A stretch of 64,000 nt of DNA from positions 3,616,001-3,680,000 of the forward strand of contig OY843592.1 in NCBI GenBank assembly GCA_963692865.2, read 5' to 3'. Both the position numbers and the translations under genes were made by a program. This stretch comes from a bacterium. GTDB taxonomy: Bacteria > UBA8248. Below, one piece after another: positions 29,491 to 38,382 of the stretch (position 1 is its first letter; each line of letters starts with the position of its first letter). Under the pieces are notes generated by a model. That model saw nothing but the letters and a program-made list of their open reading frames with translations, searched no databases and was not told the origin of the DNA.

Positions 29491-29946
29491 CTAGGAGACG
29501 CTCATCTTGCGCCCGCTCTCGTACCACTCGGGACCGGGCTGTTCAGGGGGGTCGTCGTAGCGTTTGATTTCGAGTTCCACGTTGTCGGGATCGTAGAAAT
29601 AGGTGGCGTAGCCCACGCCGTAGGCGCCGAGGTTCTTCTCCTCGCCGCGGTGAGGCTCCCGGCCGCTCGCGCGCAGCCGCTCGATCACCTTGCCGTATTC
29701 GGCGCCGTCCATGCAAAACGCGAGGTGGTCCATCCCGCCCTTGACCTCAATGTCGTCGGACACGAAATCATCGGCGTGAAACAGCACGAGGATGTCCTCC
29801 CCAACGCGGAAGACGACCTGGTCGATCTCGCCATTGTGGATGAGCCTGCGGCCGACGGGCTTGAAGCCCATCACGTCGCGGTAGAACGCGATGGATTTTT
29901 CGAGATTCGTGACGCGCAGGGCGACGTGTTCGATCATTCGCTTCAT
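29491..29946 (-). CDS. VOC family protein
   Basis: IEHVALRVTNLEKSIAFYRDVMG, DHLAF, YFYDPDNVELE. Confidence 0.87.
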   Translation of the reverse strand: MKRMIEHVALRVTNLEKSIAFYRDVMGFKPVGRRLIHNGEIDQVVFRVGEDILVLFHADDFVSDDIEVKGGMDHLAFCMDGAEYGKVIERLRASGREPHRGEEKNLGAYGVGYATYFYDPDNVELEIKRYDDPPEQPGPEWYESGRKMSVS

Positions 29947-29976
29947 GACGGCCTCCTTTATGCCGGAGGGGAGGGA

Positions 29977-30498
29977 TTAGTCGTCGTAGGCCTTCACCGT
30001 GGGAACCGTGATGGGGGCTTCGGGCTCGGTCCGGCCCTCGGCCACGGCGCGAATCGCCGCGATGATCTGGCGGTATCCCGTGCAGCGGCAGAGGTTCCCG
30101 GTAAGCCAGTGCTGAATCTCGGCTTCCGAGGGGTCGGGATTCTCCTCGAGCAGCTTCTTGGCCGAGACGATCATCCCCGGCGTGCAGTAGCCGCACTGCG
30201 TGGCGCCGTAGGAGGCGAAAGCGGCCTGCAGGGGATGCAGGTCTTCGAGGCCGCCCAGGCCTTCTATGGTCTCGACGTTCGACCCGTCGGCGCGCACCGC
30301 GAGAACGAGGCAGGAACTGATGAGTTCGCCGTCCATGATGATCGAACACGAGCCGCACGCGCCCTGGTCGCAGGCGCGCTTGGTGCCCATCATCCCCAGG
30401 TCTTCGCGGATGAGGTCCACCAGATAGCGGTTCACGGGAACCATGGCTTCGACGGGTTCGCCGTTGAGAACGAAAGATATCATCCTTTTTTCAGACAT
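29977..30498 (-). CDS. (2Fe-2S)-binding subunit, CoxS/CutS family of molybdenum hydroxylases
   Basis: GTKRACDQGACGSC...SC, QCGYCTPG, NLCRCTGY. Confidence 0.93.
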   Translation of the reverse strand: MSEKRMISFVLNGEPVEAMVPVNRYLVDLIREDLGMMGTKRACDQGACGSCSIIMDGELISSCLVLAVRADGSNVETIEGLGGLEDLHPLQAAFASYGATQCGYCTPGMIVSAKKLLEENPDPSEAEIQHWLTGNLCRCTGYRQIIAAIRAVAEGRTEPEAPITVPTVKAYDD

Positions 30499-30583
30499 AT
30501 CGATCCCCCACTCATTGCGGCCATGCGCTGTTTCGATGTGGCCCCACTATACCACGATTCACTCTTACGTGCACAAGAAAGCC

Positions 30584-31597
30584 TCAAACCTTCCTGAGCG
30601 CGGGCATCAACTCGTCCGAGATCATCCGCATGCTGTGGAGCGCCGTGGAAAGCGGCATTCCCGCCCAGTGCGTGCGGATGACGAGGTGGTTCATCCCCAC
30701 CTCCTCCCAGTAGGGGCGGAGCTGCTCGTAGCACTCCTCGGGCGAGCCGAGGACGAAGCGGTCCTTGAGCAAATCGTCGAATTCCTGGTCGAAGCTCTCG
30801 TCCTCGGGCATGGCGTCGTCCTGGCCCCACTTGGCGTAATCCTGGTATTTGCCGAACAGGTAAGGCCCCGCCATCTCGAGGGCGGTCTTCCTGTCATGGC
30901 TGCAGAAGACCTCCTTGATGCAGGGGAATTCCGCCGGGAACGGCTTGCCGCACCTGTCCAGTTCCGCGCGGTAGAGCGCCATCTGCCGCCTGATGGTCGC
31001 CGTGGTCGAATGGGGGTTGATGAACCAGTTGTCGCCGATGCGCGCGGCGCGCTCGATGGCCTTGTCGTTATTGGCCGCCACCCATATCGGCGGGTGGGGC
31101 TTCTGCACGGGGCGGATGTTCATGCGCACGCCGTCGAGCTTGCAGACATCGTCCTCCCAGGTCACCTCCTCCTCCGTCCAGAGGCGCTTCACGAGTTCGA
31201 GGCACGCCTCGAAGCGGCGCACGCGCTGCCCCTTCGGCACGCGGAAGGCGTCGAACTCCGCCTCGCGGTAGCCGAGGCCGATGCCGAACACGAAGTTCCC
31301 CCGGCAGAGGACGTCCATCGTCGCCACCGTCTCGGCGACGTAGACCGGGTTGTGCAGGTTGATGAGCAGGATGCCGAGCCCGAGCGTCATCTCGCCCGCC
31401 TCGGCCTGCAGGCGCGCCAGGAAGGGCACGATCTGGAGCTGCTTGTTGTCGCCCTCGTTCAGGTAGTGCTGCCCGGTGAAGAGCGAGTCCCAGCCCTTGT
31501 CGCGCGCGAGGCGCGCCATGGCATACTGATCGTCCAGGGCGCTGACCATGTCGGTTCCGAGGCGCTGCTGGTTGGTGATGAAGAGTCCCACTTTCAT
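30584..31597 (-). CDS. LLM class flavin-dependent oxidoreductase
   Basis: MKVGLF, GQHY, NPVYVAETVATMD, GIGLGYREAEF, PVQKPHPPIWVA, VLGSPEEC. Confidence 0.9.
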   Translation of the reverse strand: MKVGLFITNQQRLGTDMVSALDDQYAMARLARDKGWDSLFTGQHYLNEGDNKQLQIVPFLARLQAEAGEMTLGLGILLINLHNPVYVAETVATMDVLCRGNFVFGIGLGYREAEFDAFRVPKGQRVRRFEACLELVKRLWTEEEVTWEDDVCKLDGVRMNIRPVQKPHPPIWVAANNDKAIERAARIGDNWFINPHSTTATIRRQMALYRAELDRCGKPFPAEFPCIKEVFCSHDRKTALEMAGPYLFGKYQDYAKWGQDDAMPEDESFDQEFDDLLKDRFVLGSPEECYEQLRPYWEEVGMNHLVIRTHWAGMPLSTALHSMRMISDELMPALRKV

Positions 31598-32208
31598 GTC
31601 GCGTTCCCCATGCTTGAGGCGGATGGTTGGGGGCCACCATACCCCAAGGCGCGCGACGCCGCCATGCTTACGGCGGAGATGCGGCGGGAGGAAATGCGGG
31701 CTGTTGCGGGGAAATGCGGGGGAGCCAAAAAACTTTTTTTACCGCCGTATCTGAGTGCGGGACGCTGAGATTTATATGATAACCCGTTTGATTACAACAA
31801 CTTGCCGGGGACTTGCTTTGCAGAAACTTATCGAAAAACCCCGTGAATTTATCCAATTTTATACAAAATATCATTATCTTCATTATCAGTCGTTTCCCTG
31901 AACCTGCCGGCGCCGCCCCTCCGGCGGTGAAACCCGGGGGAGGAGCGAGAATCAATCCCAACAGAAGAAGCAGGAATTGGCCGACCGACGATGGGAGATT
32001 TCCGAGCCAAGCAGAAAGATTCGCCGCCTTCACTATCGCCATGTCACTGAATCCCATGAAAAACCTCCGCTCCTTTCGGTTCCATTCCGAACCATGCGGG
32101 AAACCGCTTTCCCGCGTCGCGCGCACGATACCGCAGGACGGGGTTTCGGGAGGAATAGGAATTGCGGGGAAATGCGTAGGTGAGGCTGTATGACGACGGG
32201 AAACACTC

Positions 32209-32990
32209 CCCCCTTGAGGGAACTGTTGAAAAATCCTCCTGACAGGGTAAATGCAACCCCCCCTACCCCCCCTTGTCAGGGGGGCAAGAAAGAGCAAAGT
32301 CCCCCGACCCGGCGGGAGCGCATCGCTTTTTTTACCCCCCGACCCGGCGGGGGATATCGCCTTTTTTTACCCCCCTGACAAGGGGGGGTAGGGGGGGTTG
32401 GTTTTCAGGCGGCGCGTGGGTGCGGTGCAGCAGCGGGAATTATATGTCAGACATATATGTCTGACCTACGGGTGAAAGCCCGATTGATGCGGGAGGATTC
32501 CCTCATCGAAAGGCGACCCCCCTACCCCCCCCTTGACGGGGCTGTTGAAAAACCTATCCCTCTCGCATCAACCACGTTTTACCCGTAGGGGCCGCATAGT
32601 ATGCGGCCCCTACGAAACCATCGCGCCTCCCGCAGACCAGACATATATGTCTGACCTGCCAACCTCTGGGAAACGAAACGTAGGGGCGGACCTGTGTGTC
32701 CGCCCGACCCCGGAACAGGGTTTTTCAACAGCCCCTTGACGGAGGGACAAGAAAAAACAAAACCCCACCACCCGGCGGGGTGACATCGCCTTTTTTTACC
32801 CCCCTGACAAGGGGGGGTAGGGGGGTTGGTTCCGACGAGGGCCTTTTCACCAACCCCGATGAATGAGCGTTTGCGACCGAAGAGGGGGAGTTTGCCGGTT
32901 TGCAAGGGCATGAAGCCTTCGTAGGGGCGGCTCGCGAGCCGCCCGCGCTCTTTCGAAATTGTCGTCATTCCGGCGCATGCCGGAATCCAG
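32209..32990. repeat. Dense repeat cluster: composite C/G-rich palindromic element (two copies), GTAG-type REPs and nested MITE
   Basis: CCCCCCTACCCCCCCTTGTCAGGGGGG...CCCCCCTGACAAGGGGGGGTAGGGGGGG at about 32257-32400 and 32517-32826; further copies at 38004-38190 and 41183-41365. Confidence 0.85.
32538..32735. mobile_element. 198-bp MITE with perfect 17-bp terminal inverted repeats and TTGAC target-site duplication
   Basis: GGGGCTGTTGAAAAACC (32538-32554) and GGTTTTTCAACAGCCCC (32719-32735), flanked by TTGAC at 32533-32537 and 32736-32740. Confidence 0.8.
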
Positions 32991-33130
32991 AATCCCGACC
33001 GAAGTAGGATTACGTTTTCAGGATGCTCTTTCCTTTCGGAACGGAATGCGGAATAATCGGCGAAACTACCCGATGAGCCGGTTCCTCCGGGGAGGGTCCG
33101 GCGGCGCGCCCGGAGTGCCAAGACCTGCTC

Positions 33131-35971
33131 ATGTCCACACCTCGAAACCGCGAAGAGGCGATCAATACCCAACTCGCCATTCTGATCTCCGGCCTCGGCG
33201 TAACCGCCGACGGCGAGACCATTCACGTTCACGGGAAGCACCGCCCGGACGTCATCTTTCAACTGCGCGGACTGCGCGTCGTCATCGAGGCCAAATTCGC
33301 GGATCACCCCAACTCCGAATCCGTCGTGCTGGAGGACGCGCGCAAGAGAGTAAGGGCAGGCATCGCCCACATCGCCGCTTCCGTCGTATATCCCGATACG
33401 CTGCGAACCACCCCCACGGCGAAAATCATCGAAGTCCTAGAAGGCTCGCGCCTCAAGTACAAGATAATCGCCGAAACATACGAAACCCCCGACTGGCACG
33501 AGGGCGATCCCGCTTCTTTGATGGACGCCCTGCGGCGCGCTCAGGCGACTCTCGCGGAGGACGACCTCGTCGAGAAGACCGCGAAATCCCTGTCCGAGAA
33601 GCTGGAAGTCATCGCCCACCAGTGGGTAGGGCAGCAAGGCGCGTGCGACAGGCTGTCGCGCATCCTCGGAATCATCCCGCCCAAGGGAGAGGAGCCGGAA
33701 CAGGCGCAGGCGCGCCGCGAAACCGCCGCCAAGGTCTCCGCGTTGGTTCTGGCCAACGCCTTCATTTTCCAGGAGCAGCTCGCAGCCGCCGACGAGCGGG
33801 TCGATCCGCTGCGCAAACTCGAAGGCGAAAAAGACATCCTCACCGAAACCGCGCGGCACTGGAAGTGGATATGGCAAAACATCAACTACGTGCCCATTTT
33901 CCAGATCGGGGAGAGCGTCCTTGACGAACTGCCGGCCAGCCGGCCCACGCTTCGGGCTGTTCGCTCCCTGCTCACCGAAGCCGGAGCGATATGCTCCCAA
34001 CAGGCCGCTTTGCGCCACGACCTCATGGGCCGCATCTACCACTGGCTACTTCATCACGGCAAATATCTTGGCACCTACTACACCTCGGTTTCATCCGCGA
34101 CGTTGCTTTTGAAGCTGACGCTCGCTGCCGATTGGAAACAGGATTTCGGCGACCCCCATGCGCTTGCCGGTTTCAAGGTGGGCGATCTGGCTTGTGGAAC
34201 CGGAACCCTGCTCATGGCTGCCGCGCAGTCCATTTCCGACGTGTACATCCGCGCGCGGGCCGAAACCGGGCGCTCTCTCGACCCGGTCGCGCTTCGCACG
34301 CTGCACGGCGCGCTCATGGAAAACGTCTTGTTCGGGTACGATGTTCTGCCCTCCGCCGTGCACCTGACCGCTTCGACCCTCGCCATGCTGGCTCCCGAGG
34401 TAGCCTTCCGAAACATGAACCTCTACGCCATGCCTTTGGGTTTCGATCATGGCGAGGCGAAACTCGGCAGTCTCGATTTCTTGATAACCAAGCGCGTCAA
34501 TACCCAGATGGCGCTCGACTATACGCACGTCGAAACGGTTCGAACCGGGGCCGCGCGGTCTCAGGTCGCCACCGCCGAAATCCCGGAGCTTCATCTTTGC
34601 GTCATGAACCCGCCGTTCGTTCGCAGCGTGGGCGGAAACCTGCTGTTCGGGTCGCTTCCCGGCGAACGTGGAAAACTTCAGGGCGAACTCAAGAAACGCG
34701 CGAAAAAGATCGACGCGAGTATCACCGCCGGTCTGGGAAGCGTATTCGTCGCCCTTGCGGACCGCTCGCTGGCCGAGGGCGGCAGGCTCGCTTTCGTCTT
34801 GCCCGCCGCGCTCGCTTCTGGGGAAGCATGGGCCGAAACCCGGAAACTCATCGCCGGGCGCTATCATCTGGAAACCGTCGTGGCGAGTCATGACGCGAAC
34901 CGTCCGAATTTCTCTGAAAACACGAGCCTCTCGGAGGTTCTTTTCATCGCCCGCAAACTTGGGGGAGAGGAAAAACCGGGATCAACGAAATACGTCAACC
35001 TCTGGCGCAACCCGCGTTCGATCCATGAGGCGCTCGACCTTGCCAACCGGATCGTCAACGCCTCCGACGCCGTTTCGGTCGAAGGAGAGGGAATGACCTC
35101 GTTCGGTTCTTCCGCCATGAAGTTCGGCGAAATAGTCCATGCCCCGCCCAGAAAAGAAACCGGGAACTGGACGGGCGCGCTCTTCGCCCAGACCGACCTG
35201 TTTCGCATCTTCAGGAAACTACAAAACGGCCAGCTCCATCTGCCGGGCGAAAAAACCACCGCTCTTCCTCTGTGTAGCTTGGATGAACTTGGCGATCTCG
35301 GTCCCGATCGTAAACGGATTCATGAAGGGTTCAAGGTTTCTAAGGACGATTGGTCTCCTTATCCCGGCTTTTGGGGACATCGATCCGATAGCGTGACCAC
35401 GATTGCGCAATCCCCGAATTGCCGTCTGCTGGTATGGACCGATTCTCCGCGAGGTCCCGAATATGGTCCGCATCTCTGGAAACGCGCTGGTTCCATCCTT
35501 CTCGCCGAACGCTTATGGTCAATCACGCACCGCGTACTCGCCGTCGGCTTTGAAAACGAAGTATTGGGGAACACTTGGTGGGCCTTTAAGACAAACGAAT
35601 TGACGCAAGAGCAGAGAAAGGCGATTCTCTTGTGGCTCAACGGCTCCTTGTCCTTGCTGTTCTTCTACGGTCGCCGTGTCGTTACGCGAAGCGCATGGAT
35701 GCAGATGAAACAGCCTGCATGGGCCTCGATGCCCGTTCTCAATGTCCGCTCCTTGAACGAAACCCCGTTGAACGCCTTGGCCGCTGCTTATGAGGAACTC
35801 GGAAAAGAGAAACTCGCGCCGCTGGCGCGACTGGACTCGGACGACGTTCGCATCCGGATTGACGCCGAAATCTCGAATGCGCTGGGGCTGGGGGACATCA
35901 AACCCGTCCGCGAACTCCTCGCGCGCGAACCCGGCTTGAGCGGAGAGGAGATAGGTGGCCAACCCGTCTAG
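33131..35971 (+). CDS. Type IIG-like restriction-modification enzyme (fused PD-(D/E)xK nuclease, N6-adenine methyltransferase and target-recognition region)
   Basis: RPDVIF...VIEAK nuclease motif, GTYYT, GDLACGTGTLL (SAM-binding motif I), VMNPPF (motif IV), GGRLAFVLP, FSENT. Confidence 0.85.
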   Translation: MSTPRNREEAINTQLAILISGLGVTADGETIHVHGKHRPDVIFQLRGLRVVIEAKFADHPNSESVVLEDARKRVRAGIAHIAASVVYPDTLRTTPTAKIIEVLEGSRLKYKIIAETYETPDWHEGDPASLMDALRRAQATLAEDDLVEKTAKSLSEKLEVIAHQWVGQQGACDRLSRILGIIPPKGEEPEQAQARRETAAKVSALVLANAFIFQEQLAAADERVDPLRKLEGEKDILTETARHWKWIWQNINYVPIFQIGESVLDELPASRPTLRAVRSLLTEAGAICSQQAALRHDLMGRIYHWLLHHGKYLGTYYTSVSSATLLLKLTLAADWKQDFGDPHALAGFKVGDLACGTGTLLMAAAQSISDVYIRARAETGRSLDPVALRTLHGALMENVLFGYDVLPSAVHLTASTLAMLAPEVAFRNMNLYAMPLGFDHGEAKLGSLDFLITKRVNTQMALDYTHVETVRTGAARSQVATAEIPELHLCVMNPPFVRSVGGNLLFGSLPGERGKLQGELKKRAKKIDASITAGLGSVFVALADRSLAEGGRLAFVLPAALASGEAWAETRKLIAGRYHLETVVASHDANRPNFSENTSLSEVLFIARKLGGEEKPGSTKYVNLWRNPRSIHEALDLANRIVNASDAVSVEGEGMTSFGSSAMKFGEIVHAPPRKETGNWTGALFAQTDLFRIFRKLQNGQLHLPGEKTTALPLCSLDELGDLGPDRKRIHEGFKVSKDDWSPYPGFWGHRSDSVTTIAQSPNCRLLVWTDSPRGPEYGPHLWKRAGSILLAERLWSITHRVLAVGFENEVLGNTWWAFKTNELTQEQRKAILLWLNGSLSLLFFYGRRVVTRSAWMQMKQPAWASMPVLNVRSLNETPLNALAAAYEELGKEKLAPLARLDSDDVRIRIDAEISNALGLGDIKPVRELLAREPGLSGEEIGGQPV

Positions 35972-36144
35972 TAAGACCGGGCTTGTAATAATACAGCAAT
36001 GAGAATCGTGGGGTGTTAATGAGGATGGCAGGAGTGTCTGCGTGGGGGCCGTCGTCCTTGGCGTTATGGATATGGCAAGGTGAGTTGTTCGGAGTTTGTC
36101 ATGCAGAGGAATAAAGAGTTGAACTTTTGCGAGGATAATCTGGC

Positions 36145-36600
36145 ATGAAAAGTATAGAGGCAATTGTGGCAACAGTGCTCATTGTCATAGCGATAATGAT
36201 AATGATTCTTGTTGGTTATACTTCAACTGAGCGTACCTTGACAGGAATCGAGGTAAGTATACTTCAAATTGTTGCGCTTCTGGCGAGTTTGGGAGGGTCA
36301 TATATTTTTGGCCAAAGAGCTTCAAAAGAGTCGATAAAAGAAAAAATAGGAACGCATGCGCGCTCCGCCTTCAGACGCCTAATTTCTTTATATGCTAGCA
36401 TATCTCGTCTGGCGATAATTATCGAATCAGATGAGCACGGTGATGATGGTTCCAAGTTAAAGGTAATTAAAGCTATTGTGGATGAACAAATTGGAACAGT
36501 AGATGATGCGCTGGAAGATTGGCGGGATCTTGTCCCAGAGTCTGTAGAAGAAATGAAAGAGAAACTGAGAAAATCAAAGCAAAGAGAGGCAATACAATGA
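36145..36600 (+). CDS. Hypothetical membrane protein (two N-terminal TM helices, helical C-terminus), AT-rich
   Basis: 151-aa ORF with clearly lower GC than its neighbours; stop overlaps the next start (ATGA). Confidence 0.65.
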   Translation: MKSIEAIVATVLIVIAIMIMILVGYTSTERTLTGIEVSILQIVALLASLGGSYIFGQRASKESIKEKIGTHARSAFRRLISLYASISRLAIIIESDEHGDDGSKLKVIKAIVDEQIGTVDDALEDWRDLVPESVEEMKEKLRKSKQREAIQ

Positions 36601-37046
36601 CCAATCTAATTCGTGGAAAGGTCGCACGGATTCTCAATGCGCGAGAGATCGCAATAAACGTCGGAAGCGATCACGGGGTATCGACAGGCATGTACTTTGA
36701 CGTAATGGATAAGAATTTTGAGGATATTAAAGATCCGGATACCCGCGAAATTTTAGGATCAATTTCGCGGTCAAAAGTTAGAGTGCGCATAACCAAAGTT
36801 AAGGAGAAACTATCTCTGGCCTCTACATATAAAACAAAGCAGAGAAATGTAGGTGGGTCTGGAATTTCTGCTGCTGCAATTGTAAGGGCATTTGCGTCGC
36901 CCAACTGGGTAACAAAACCGGAAACCCTGAAAAAAGACGAAAAGCCTTGGGAGGATCTAGAAGAAGAAGAAAGTTTCGTGAAAACCGGTGATCCTGTTGT
37001 TCAGGTCATCCCGGTTGAAGAAGAAGAACAAGAAGAGACCGTCTAA
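36597..37046 (+). CDS. Hypothetical beta-rich protein (resembles FlgT C-terminal-like domains), AT-rich
   Basis: GAGAGG RBS, ATG 36597; GKVARILNAREIAINVGSDHGVSTGMYFDV...IKDPDTREILG...VKTGDPV. Confidence 0.65.
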   Translation: MTNLIRGKVARILNAREIAINVGSDHGVSTGMYFDVMDKNFEDIKDPDTREILGSISRSKVRVRITKVKEKLSLASTYKTKQRNVGGSGISAAAIVRAFASPNWVTKPETLKKDEKPWEDLEEEESFVKTGDPVVQVIPVEEEEQEETV

Positions 37047-37151
37047 AAACTAGAACTACCCCCCAAAAGATGCTAGGTTCCAAGCTAGGGCGGACACACG
37101 GGTCCGCCCCTACGACCCCTGCAATCCCTCCCTCCCCGATTGGGATTGACC

Positions 37152-37922
37152 TCACACAAACCTCCTCACCCCCGGAAACGCCTCCTTCCTTCTCAGGTCC
37201 GTCTCGTCGTGTCCGGCGAAGATGAGGTCGGGGGAGTCAGCGAGGTCCTTTACGGCTTCCAGGGCGCGCAGGGCGTCGTCCACGTGGACGTGGATGCCGG
37301 GCGGTATCATGGATTCGAGGCTCCGGTAGAGATAGGCCGCGTCCACGGCCAGCACCGCCCAGCCCCGCGCCGTGCGGAAGCGGACGATCTGGTGGCCCGG
37401 CGTGTGGCCGCCCGTCCAGTGGACATGCACGCCGTCCGCGACCTCCGCCTCCCCGTCCACCAGTTCCAGGCGGCCGGCCTCAAGGAGCTTCTCGGCTTCT
37501 TCCAGGTCGCCCAGGAAATGGTTGATGAAGTGGTATTCCGCCGCGTCGCTCCGCCAGAAATCGAGCTCGCGCCTCTGGAGATAAAAACGCGCGGAGGTGA
37601 ACAGCCTCGGCGAGGCGAAATGATCCCAGTGCAGGTGGCTCACGATCATCGTCTCGACCTGGGACGGCTTCAAGTCGAAATGCCGTAGCAATTCATGCTG
37701 CGGGCGGTAGTCGGCGTAGTCGGGGTTCCGCGCCTTCTGCGCATCCTCGCTGAAGCCGGTGTCGATAACGACCGGCGCGCCCCCGCCTTCGGGCGTCAGC
37801 GCCCAGAAGAAATAGGGCAGCGTGCGCGTCCTCCCCGATTCGCTGAGATACAAAAGCCAGGAGGCGTCGCACGCGCGCGAGCCCTGGCACAGGGCGTAGA
37901 GGTTGTAGGTCGTCTCGCTCAA
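37152..37922 (-). CDS. MBL-fold metallohydrolase, N-acyl homoserine lactonase-like family
   Basis: AAGGAGG RBS before TTG 37922; VIDTG, SHLHWDH, GGHTPGHQ, AVDAA, AGHD. Confidence 0.85.
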   Translation of the reverse strand: MSETTYNLYALCQGSRACDASWLLYLSESGRTRTLPYFFWALTPEGGGAPVVIDTGFSEDAQKARNPDYADYRPQHELLRHFDLKPSQVETMIVSHLHWDHFASPRLFTSARFYLQRRELDFWRSDAAEYHFINHFLGDLEEAEKLLEAGRLELVDGEAEVADGVHVHWTGGHTPGHQIVRFRTARGWAVLAVDAAYLYRSLESMIPPGIHVHVDDALRALEAVKDLADSPDLIFAGHDETDLRRKEAFPGVRRFV

Positions 37923-38003
37923 GGTGGATGCCTCCTTGTCGTCCCGCCCGGAAGGGGGATTGGTGAAAAACCTCACAGGTAGAGCGTGTTAAATTTCACT
38001 CAT

Positions 38004-38190
38004 CCCTTGAGGGGGTTGTTGCCCCCCTGACAGGGTAAAGGCAACCCCCTTGAAAGGGAAACCCCGCAAAGGCAACCCCCCCTACCCCCCCTTAACAGGG
38101 GGGCAAGAAAAAGCAAAGCCTCCTCTATCCGGCAGGGGATGTCGCCTTTTTATACCCCCCTGACAAGGGGGGGTAGGGGGGGGTTGCTTT
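38004..38190. repeat. Composite C/G-rich palindromic repeat
   Basis: Same CCTGACAGGGTAAA...CCCCCCCTACCCCCCCTT...GACAAGGGGGGGTAGGGGGGG architecture as 32209-32408 and 41183-41365. Confidence 0.8.
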
Positions 38191-38382
38191 TCCATTCGAG
38201 AGAAGCGTCTCCTCTGCCCCTGAATATGTGTCATTTATAACAACCCCGAACCGCGGGCGCCCGGCGCATGCCGACCCGGCCCTTCGTTGTCCGATGGATG
38301 AGATTATGCCATTATCACCGAAGCGCAAAACGCAAGGCCCGGTATTCGATTCACGGAAAACCATTCCCGAAGGGCGCTCGTC

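Noticed and set aside
32209-32990. CRISPR array in the repeat-dense region
   Set aside because: The repeats are heterogeneous palindromes without constant-length unique spacers, and there are no cas genes in the window.
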